From a virus: a stretch of 64,000 nucleotides of DNA. The stretch lies in IMG/VR virus record IMGVR_UViG_3300025133_009407, positions 3,232-67,231 of that record, one strand, 5' to 3'. Positions 58,183 to 64,000 of the stretch are shown here, piece by piece. The translations under genes and the position numbers were made by a program. The first letter of the stretch is position 1. Every line of letters starts with the position of its first letter. The notes beneath the pieces are model-generated. The model searched no databases, was not told the DNA's origin, and was given only the letters and a program-made list of their open reading frames with translations.

Positions 58183-58548
58183 ATGGCATTATCAGAAAAA
58201 GAGATGAACAGAATTAAGAAGCTACTCTCAAAGCTGAAGTCCAACAATTGGGAGTCGGCAATGGAGCAGCTTTCGGATGATGCCCCAGATATGCTGAAAG
58301 AATTACTTAAGGATATTGAGTACTTACGGAAGGAGAGAGACGCTTGGGTGAAGACTTCTCTGCAGGCGACTAGAAATACAGAATATTACAGAAGACTATG
58401 TGAAGAGGCTTCTGTTTTTCTTGGTCCCGAGGTGTTTATACAGGACGATGGAGGCATAGTTGATAGCCCACTTCTCGCTAAAGTTCCAGAGTTAGTGGAA
58501 GCTTTGGCGGCAAAATTAAAAGCTCTAAATGAGGAGGGAGGTAAGTAA
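58183..58548 (+). CDS. Hypothetical protein
   Basis: SD AGGAG; part of the array. Confidence 0.7.
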   Translation: MALSEKEMNRIKKLLSKLKSNNWESAMEQLSDDAPDMLKELLKDIEYLRKERDAWVKTSLQATRNTEYYRRLCEEASVFLGPEVFIQDDGGIVDSPLLAKVPELVEALAAKLKALNEEGGK

Positions 58549-59426
58549 TGTCTTATACAACAATAGATTCATGCAATATTTGTGGTGCGCCAATTTATGT
58601 ACCAACAATCTGGCATGGAGTAATTCCCCCTCCTAGAACATATAGTTGTTTTTGCAGAACAAGCAGACATCCTACGCAGCAGCCTCCAGCTATAGGGCCA
58701 TTTGAGTGGCCATGGCCCAAGGTTCCATCGACTAATTGGACTTGCCCTAAGTGCAAGAACGTATATAAATACATAGACTCTTGTCTTTGCGATCCAATCT
58801 TTGATGTGGAAGATCCAGATGCGATTAGATTTGATCATGAGTTTGTACATGAAGTTTGTATTCACTGTGATTTAAGTGATGCTTGCGAGGACACAGAGTG
58901 TCCGGTTAGGCTGAGAAAGGAAGTTGCTCGTTTACATGATTATAACGAACGAGGACTAGTCTGCTCTAAGCACTGGGTTCATCCGTCAAAATGTTGCAAC
59001 GGAAAATACACTGCTCACCTCATAAGCGAAAGAAGCAAAAAGAAAATTACTTATTTGGAAAATGAGCTTGCCGATTGGCGAACAGATGTAGAAGAAGTTG
59101 ACGAGATATTAGAGGGAATTGAATTTAATTTTGATTTAGGATCTGACGTTTCTACTGCTGAAAATGTTAAAAGATTAATAAAAAAATATGAGGCTAGACT
59201 AAAAATTTCAAGATTCCTTTTGAGAAAGTATGTTGAACGCTCAAGTGCGGATCAAAAGTTAATCGACAAATACGAAGCTAAGTTCTCTATTGTAAAGACT
59301 CTTGTAAAAGAAATACGCGGAACCTTTAGGCTTATAGAGTTCGGAGCTATAACTTTTACACGCGGATCAGCTATGATTCTTGGGAGTCTAGCAACAGTTG
59401 CTCTATCCGAGATAGATGAAGAATAA
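58548..59426 (+). CDS. Hypothetical Cys-rich / coiled-coil protein
   Basis: SD GGAGG; many CxxC/CxC motifs. Confidence 0.7.
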   Translation: MSYTTIDSCNICGAPIYVPTIWHGVIPPPRTYSCFCRTSRHPTQQPPAIGPFEWPWPKVPSTNWTCPKCKNVYKYIDSCLCDPIFDVEDPDAIRFDHEFVHEVCIHCDLSDACEDTECPVRLRKEVARLHDYNERGLVCSKHWVHPSKCCNGKYTAHLISERSKKKITYLENELADWRTDVEEVDEILEGIEFNFDLGSDVSTAENVKRLIKKYEARLKISRFLLRKYVERSSADQKLIDKYEAKFSIVKTLVKEIRGTFRLIEFGAITFTRGSAMILGSLATVALSEIDEE

Positions 59427-59644
59427 TGAAAACATACAAACACGAGTGGATCGATGAGATTGACCCGGATTGGGGATATACACACGATCATATCTGTAAG
59501 CATTGCAAAGAAGTTAGTGCCAGAAGCTCTTATAAGCCAAGGACAGAATGTGTTGTTCGTTTGCGAGCTGCATTAAATGAAGCGGAAGCGACGATAGATC
59601 TTCTGAAGAAAACCCTAAAATATGAGATTCTAACAAATAGATAA
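59426..59644 (+). CDS. Small hypothetical protein
   Basis: TAATG coupling; shares a module with the upstream ORF. Confidence 0.65.
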   Translation: MKTYKHEWIDEIDPDWGYTHDHICKHCKEVSARSSYKPRTECVVRLRAALNEAEATIDLLKKTLKYEILTNR

Positions 59645-59688
59645 AAGATATTAATATCTTCGCCTATAATATCGGTAAGGAATATAAC

Positions 59689-61956
59689 ATGTTAAAAATT
59701 TCATCTAAAGATCCAGAGCAGGAAAAGGCATATGCCCTCCTTGCCTTCTTAACAACCCTCTCAGAGGCTCAGTCCGGCTTCGCAGGACCTGACGGCCTGA
59801 CAGTCCACCCATCAGACCACATCTATGTGGTCGGTGGGGCGGTGAGAAACTTTCTCCTAAAAAAGCCTGTTAAAGACATTGACATTGTTATTGATGCAGT
59901 CGCCTTGAGTACAGATGGCATCAGGCGCGATGCCGAATGGCTTGCAGATATGATCGTTGCCAACTCTCCAGCAGATGCGCGCATCGAGAAGAGTGATCCG
60001 AATAACTTTGGTGTTGAACTTTTAAACGTTAAGGGCGATTGGATTGTTAACGGAGTAAACCTCAGAGGCGAAGATATTGAGATCGCTTTTGCTCGAACAG
60101 AAACGTATAAAGATGGTGGCTTTAAGCCGGATCATGTAGAGAAGGCTACGATAGAAGAAGATTCATTAAGAAGAGAGTTTACAGTAAATACTTTACTCTG
60201 GAGATTTTCTGATTTGGCAGACAAGGGCCCAAGTGAGGAAATTATCATTGATCCACTTGGAATTGGACTAAGAGATCTTAAGAATAATATCTTAGATACC
60301 CCCATGGATCCGGAGCAGACATTCAAGGACGACTCAACTCGTATGATGCGAGTCATGAAGTTCCAGTTTAAATATGGATTTGATGTAGCTCCACGAGTAA
60401 CGGAAGCCTTAAAGGCTAATCCAGAATATATAAGGAATGCAGAACGCAATGTTTTAGCAGATCTGTTAAAGCACACTATCTTAAACCAAGATAGTTATAT
60501 CGAAGCTTTGAACGAAATGAAAGAGAACTTAATACTCGGAGAGGTAATTAAGCTCTTAAACGAAGAAGAAGTATTCAGAACCTCAATTATGAACTGGGTT
60601 CATAGCAAAAAGGATTTGAATTTCTTATTCGTGCTTTTAGATTATGGATTCCCAATCGGTGATAAGATTTCATTCTTATCGGAAGACGAGAAGCGTACCT
60701 TTAGAGAGAATATTAAAAATCTATCAAAGGTTGATCAATACGAATACTTAAGAGGAATTAAGAGCCCTGGAAACCTCATTAAAGATAGAGGATTCTTCAT
60801 GGCTTTTTATAATTCTGTAAAAGAATTAAACCCAGACTTATCTATAGCGAATTTCAATGCAAATTATTACCAGCCAGTGGCCAAGGAAATAATCTTGTAT
60901 ACTCCGGAGATAGCTTTCACTCCAGAGGCTTTGAAGGAAAGAGTAAGAGATGCAGTTATGACAAAATTAAACATGCTTGCTCCCACGGAGGGCGGATTCA
61001 TTAATGTAAGGTTGAATAAATTGGCAAAATATTTAGAAAATATAAAAGAAGAAAAGTGTGCAAATTCGACCAGACTACTAAAGACATCTGGCTCAAAGTA
61101 TGAAGAGAGACTATCAGCGATGGTTCCTCAGGCTAGTGGAGATGTTTTCATATTTGATTTTGATGATACTTTGTTCTGGACACCAGAATGGTTCAACGAA
61201 GTTTCTCTTGACGAGAATAATGCAGCAGTAGGTGTAACAAGCACATATCCAATGATCTTCGGCAAGGCGATTAGCTTTGTTAATAAGCTAAACTCTTCTC
61301 CAGAGCTTTATGTTAGAAAGACCAAGAAGGGAGAGGTTATCCCTGAGTTGATCGAGAAGGCAAGAACATTCCTTCCTCTTTCATTAAGGAAAAAGATTGT
61401 AGACATTCCAGCTTTAGGAAAAAAGAATCAAGTAGTATTTGTTCTCACCACAGGAAGTGGGGGAGAGATGTCTGTGGTTGATTATAAAGAATTATTTTCC
61501 TCAAAACATCAGAGAATCTTTGATACAAGAGGGAAGTATTATCCGAATGCAGTTATTGTATCTGGTGATCCGAACTTTTATAAAGTTCCGGAAACGCTCG
61601 GAACAGTTCCCAACGATGAGATCGTAGCTGTCTATAAAGAATATGCTTCAAACTCTTATGTTCTCACCGCCAGAGAGACAGCCTTAGGGATGGCAGAGGG
61701 AGTTGTAAACAGATTGGAGTCTGTGGGCCTGCCTGCTCCGCTAAAAGTCTTTACACGGCCCGGTGGGATGTCTGGTAGCGAGTATAAGGGTTATGTCATC
61801 GGAGAATTTGCGCGTCAGCCAAATGTAACGAGCATAACCTTCTACGATGATAACAAGAGATACATAAGTGGTGTCCGAAAAATCTTAGAAGAAAGGTATC
61901 CGGCATTCGCTGAAAAGGTTACATTGAACCATGTGAGCATAGAGGCTAAACCGTAA
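59689..61956 (+). CDS. CCA-adding/poly(A) polymerase-family (class II) nucleotidyltransferase fused to a C-terminal HAD phosphatase
   Basis: NTase: YVVGGAVRN..KDIDIV, ARTETY, EDSLRREFTVN, DP...GLRDL, DDSTRMMR. HAD: IFDFDDTLF, VLTAR, K, FYDDN. Confidence 0.88.
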   Translation: MLKISSKDPEQEKAYALLAFLTTLSEAQSGFAGPDGLTVHPSDHIYVVGGAVRNFLLKKPVKDIDIVIDAVALSTDGIRRDAEWLADMIVANSPADARIEKSDPNNFGVELLNVKGDWIVNGVNLRGEDIEIAFARTETYKDGGFKPDHVEKATIEEDSLRREFTVNTLLWRFSDLADKGPSEEIIIDPLGIGLRDLKNNILDTPMDPEQTFKDDSTRMMRVMKFQFKYGFDVAPRVTEALKANPEYIRNAERNVLADLLKHTILNQDSYIEALNEMKENLILGEVIKLLNEEEVFRTSIMNWVHSKKDLNFLFVLLDYGFPIGDKISFLSEDEKRTFRENIKNLSKVDQYEYLRGIKSPGNLIKDRGFFMAFYNSVKELNPDLSIANFNANYYQPVAKEIILYTPEIAFTPEALKERVRDAVMTKLNMLAPTEGGFINVRLNKLAKYLENIKEEKCANSTRLLKTSGSKYEERLSAMVPQASGDVFIFDFDDTLFWTPEWFNEVSLDENNAAVGVTSTYPMIFGKAISFVNKLNSSPELYVRKTKKGEVIPELIEKARTFLPLSLRKKIVDIPALGKKNQVVFVLTTGSGGEMSVVDYKELFSSKHQRIFDTRGKYYPNAVIVSGDPNFYKVPETLGTVPNDEIVAVYKEYASNSYVLTARETALGMAEGVVNRLESVGLPAPLKVFTRPGGMSGSEYKGYVIGEFARQPNVTSITFYDDNKRYISGVRKILEERYPAFAEKVTLNHVSIEAKP

Positions 61957-62516
61957 TGATAAAACTACTTAAAGAGATTAGGGACCTAATGGTCAAACAA
62001 GCCTCGGGCAATGATATGATCGATAAGATCGATACATTAATAGATATGGCAGCCCCCAAGAAGAAGAAAAAGAAGAAGCGAAAACCTCTTTATACTGCTG
62101 CATTTTTAACGAATGAGGGGCAGAACGATCTAAAAGATTGGTGGGAGTCAAACATAAGAGATGATCTCTTGGCAAGGCGTTTCATGCATCACATGACAAT
62201 TAAGTTTAAGCCTTCAGCAGAAGAGGTTATGGCGACCCCAATTGGACAAGAGGTGGAGTTGGTTATCGCTGGATTTGGAAAAGATTATCAGGGCCAAGCA
62301 GTTGCTGTGGTGACAAATCTTCCGGTTGCTGCAGAAATTCCTCACATTACTGTATCTACCGCCGAAGGAGTGAGCCCGGTTTATTCAAATGAACTTTTAC
62401 AGACAAATTTTAAAGAAATTAGCGGCCCAAGCCTTAAGGCGCGAATAGGATATTGGAATGGGAAAGAAGCTATATATGACTTCCCCGTAAAGGAGATCGA
62501 GGGTGAGCCCACATAG
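61956..62516 (+). CDS. 2H phosphoesterase (cyclic phosphodiesterase, tRNA-ligase CPD-like)
   Basis: Two HxT motifs (HHMTI, PHITVS) followed by GVSPVYSNELL. Confidence 0.8.
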   Translation: MIKLLKEIRDLMVKQASGNDMIDKIDTLIDMAAPKKKKKKKRKPLYTAAFLTNEGQNDLKDWWESNIRDDLLARRFMHHMTIKFKPSAEEVMATPIGQEVELVIAGFGKDYQGQAVAVVTNLPVAAEIPHITVSTAEGVSPVYSNELLQTNFKEISGPSLKARIGYWNGKEAIYDFPVKEIEGEPT

Positions 62517-63045
62517 TAATTCCGTTTTGGAAGAATTTTTCTTTTATTCCTTAGAGAGTTCAGTTCAAGAACAGAGCTTGGTTCTTTCCGACGAAATTAA
62601 GCATTATCTTTTAAATTTATTGTTATCCAGAAGACAAGAGCTTCCTTATGATGGAATGACAACGCTTACAGAACTATATTTGAGCGCCAGAGAAGAGGAA
62701 TATAGATTTCGAAAAATAGATTGTTTCAAAAAGATGGGAGACATCTCTATAACGAAGGTCGGAATATTCCCCGGAAGCTTTAATCGCACGATGAAAAACG
62801 AGTATTATAGAAATATGGGGATTCTAGGATATAAGGAGACTTATCTTTGTTCCAATAATCAAATTTATCATGATCTATCAATAAATTATGATCTATGTGT
62901 TGACGCCATTCATGGGGTCAATATTCTTTCTATGAAGAATGATATTATAAAGCTTTATAACTTTTGGAAGAAGACAGAGAGTAGGGCTGCAAAGAAAAGG
63001 CTTGGAAAGTTAGGATTTTTAGAGATCGGAGAAATATTGGAGTGA
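62503..63045 (+). CDS. Hypothetical helical protein
   Basis: YLLNLL...KKMGD.S...GIF....YY..MG..Y pattern resembles an uncharacterised bacterial family. Confidence 0.6.
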   Translation: MSPHSNSVLEEFFFYSLESSVQEQSLVLSDEIKHYLLNLLLSRRQELPYDGMTTLTELYLSAREEEYRFRKIDCFKKMGDISITKVGIFPGSFNRTMKNEYYRNMGILGYKETYLCSNNQIYHDLSINYDLCVDAIHGVNILSMKNDIIKLYNFWKKTESRAAKKRLGKLGFLEIGEILE

Positions 63046-63260
63046 GAAAAATTAAAGAGCTATTTTCAGAGCATCCAAACAATATTGAAGAATCCTATTT
63101 AATTCATATGGGATATTCTCTTTGTTATGGCTTTAATTTCTTCTGCGCAGGAATCGCTTGCATTATCCACGCTATTTTTCCATTTTTGTTTAAAAAAATT
63201 GCATCCGATATCGCCGGGAATATACTTGACTCGGTAGAATACCGAAGGGATGATGAATGA
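63042..63260 (+). CDS. Small membrane protein (DUF6356-like)
   Basis: LFSEHP...ESY..H...IIHAIFPFLF..AS. Confidence 0.7.
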   Translation: MRKIKELFSEHPNNIEESYLIHMGYSLCYGFNFFCAGIACIIHAIFPFLFKKIASDIAGNILDSVEYRRDDE

Positions 63261-63850
63261 TTATGGACAATTCAGAAGTTAGTGCAAAAGTTAGTGCAAA
63301 TACAGAAATTAAAAGACAACCTACACGACCGAGAGCCTTAGACCTTGTTTATGGCCCTAGTCCTCTTCTTAGAACAAAAAGTCTTCCCGTCGAAGAATCG
63401 GAGTTTGGAGAGGCTTTAGAGAACTTTACAAAAATTATGCTTGAATCAATGATTAACCTAAAAGGCGCAGGCTTGGCGGCAGTTCAAGTTGGCCTCCTTA
63501 AAAGGCTTTTTGTTGCGAATATTAAAGATAGCGATATTGTTATGGTGAATCCAGAGATTGTTGATTCATCAGAAGAGATGCTATCCTCACAAGAGGGCTG
63601 CTTATCGCTGCCATTATATCGCTTTGGAGCCATAAGGCATAAGAGCGTTACCGTTAAATTCCGAGATCCTCTTGGAAATAAATTTGAAGAGACCTACTTT
63701 GATGAAGAAGCTGTTGTTATTCAGCATGAGATAGAGCATTTAGATGGAATAACCCTTCTAAGCAAGGTAAGTCGGCTTAAGCAGGACATCTATAAGAGGA
63801 AGTTCAGAAAGCTTAAGAAAAAGCTTAGCAGAAGTTCTAAGCGTCGATAA
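63257..63850 (+). CDS. def: Peptide deformylase
   Basis: GAGLAAVQVG, EGCLSLP, QHEIEHLDG. Confidence 0.95.
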   Translation: MIMDNSEVSAKVSANTEIKRQPTRPRALDLVYGPSPLLRTKSLPVEESEFGEALENFTKIMLESMINLKGAGLAAVQVGLLKRLFVANIKDSDIVMVNPEIVDSSEEMLSSQEGCLSLPLYRFGAIRHKSVTVKFRDPLGNKFEETYFDEEAVVIQHEIEHLDGITLLSKVSRLKQDIYKRKFRKLKKKLSRSSKRR

Positions 63851-63861
63851 TGTGAGAAGCA

Positions 63862-64000
63862 ATGTCAGTTGACAAATATCATAAAAAACACACTATAAAG
63901 GTTGGTTCGGCCACGTCTACGGCTTCTGCTGCAGACGGAGATTTATTGCTGAATGCAGAAAATGATTTCGTAGCAGAAGGTAATGGTGACGCAAGCATTA
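63862..64000 (+). CDS. Partial ORF running off the window end
   Basis: MSVDKYHKKHTIKVGSATSTASAADGDLLL..., open to the end of the window. Confidence 0.5.
   Translation, partial: MSVDKYHKKHTIKVGSATSTASAADGDLLLNAENDFVAEGNGDASI

Noticed and set aside
2067-62175. Numerous short antisense or alternate-frame ORFs in the track (e.g. 8806-9129, 31054-31437, 56455-56931)
   Set aside because: They overlap well-supported + strand genes and have no motifs or RBS, so they are treated as shadow ORFs.
63278-63300. Tandem repeat GTTAGTGCAAA(A) x2 at the start of def
   Set aside because: It is a two-copy in-frame micro-duplication in a variable N-terminus with no evident function.
1-64000. Alternative genetic code (stop-codon reassignment, as in some huge phages)
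   Set aside because: Conserved genes are full length under code 11, and TAA, TAG and TGA all end genes at expected positions.
1-64000. CRISPR array, tRNA or rRNA genes
   Set aside because: No regularly spaced direct repeats or cloverleaf/T-loop signatures were seen in the few intergenic gaps. This was checked by eye only.

Overview
This is a gene-dense, AT-rich fragment that is almost entirely + strand and most consistent with a very large (jumbo/huge) bacteriophage genome using genetic code 11. No capsid or terminase gene lies in the window, so the phage call is an inference from gene content. From left to right it holds: (1) a ~21 kb glycan locus with many glycosyltransferases, four sulfotransferase-like genes, RmlB, a DegT aminotransferase, WbqC, acetyl- and methyltransferases, an epimerase and Gmd, ending in an in-frame glycosyltransferase-tubulin/FtsZ fusion; (2) an amidase endolysin, an intein-containing SF2 helicase, a DnaC-like loader and DnaB; (3) a prkA(yeaG)-yeaH-[endonuclease]-spoVR operon followed by a diadenylate-cyclase-domain gene; (4) a class II RNR, PIN-PhoH with two class 3 inteins, a LysM hydrolase, a protease, dUTPase and topA; (5) an array of small hypothetical ORFs; and (6) a CCA/poly(A)-polymerase-family nucleotidyltransferase fused to a HAD phosphatase next to a 2H phosphoesterase (candidate RNA 3'-end repair module), then peptide deformylase. 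Five inteins and three free-standing homing-type endonucleases are present. I saw no tRNA, rRNA or CRISPR array. All family calls come from motifs recognised by eye, not from database searches.
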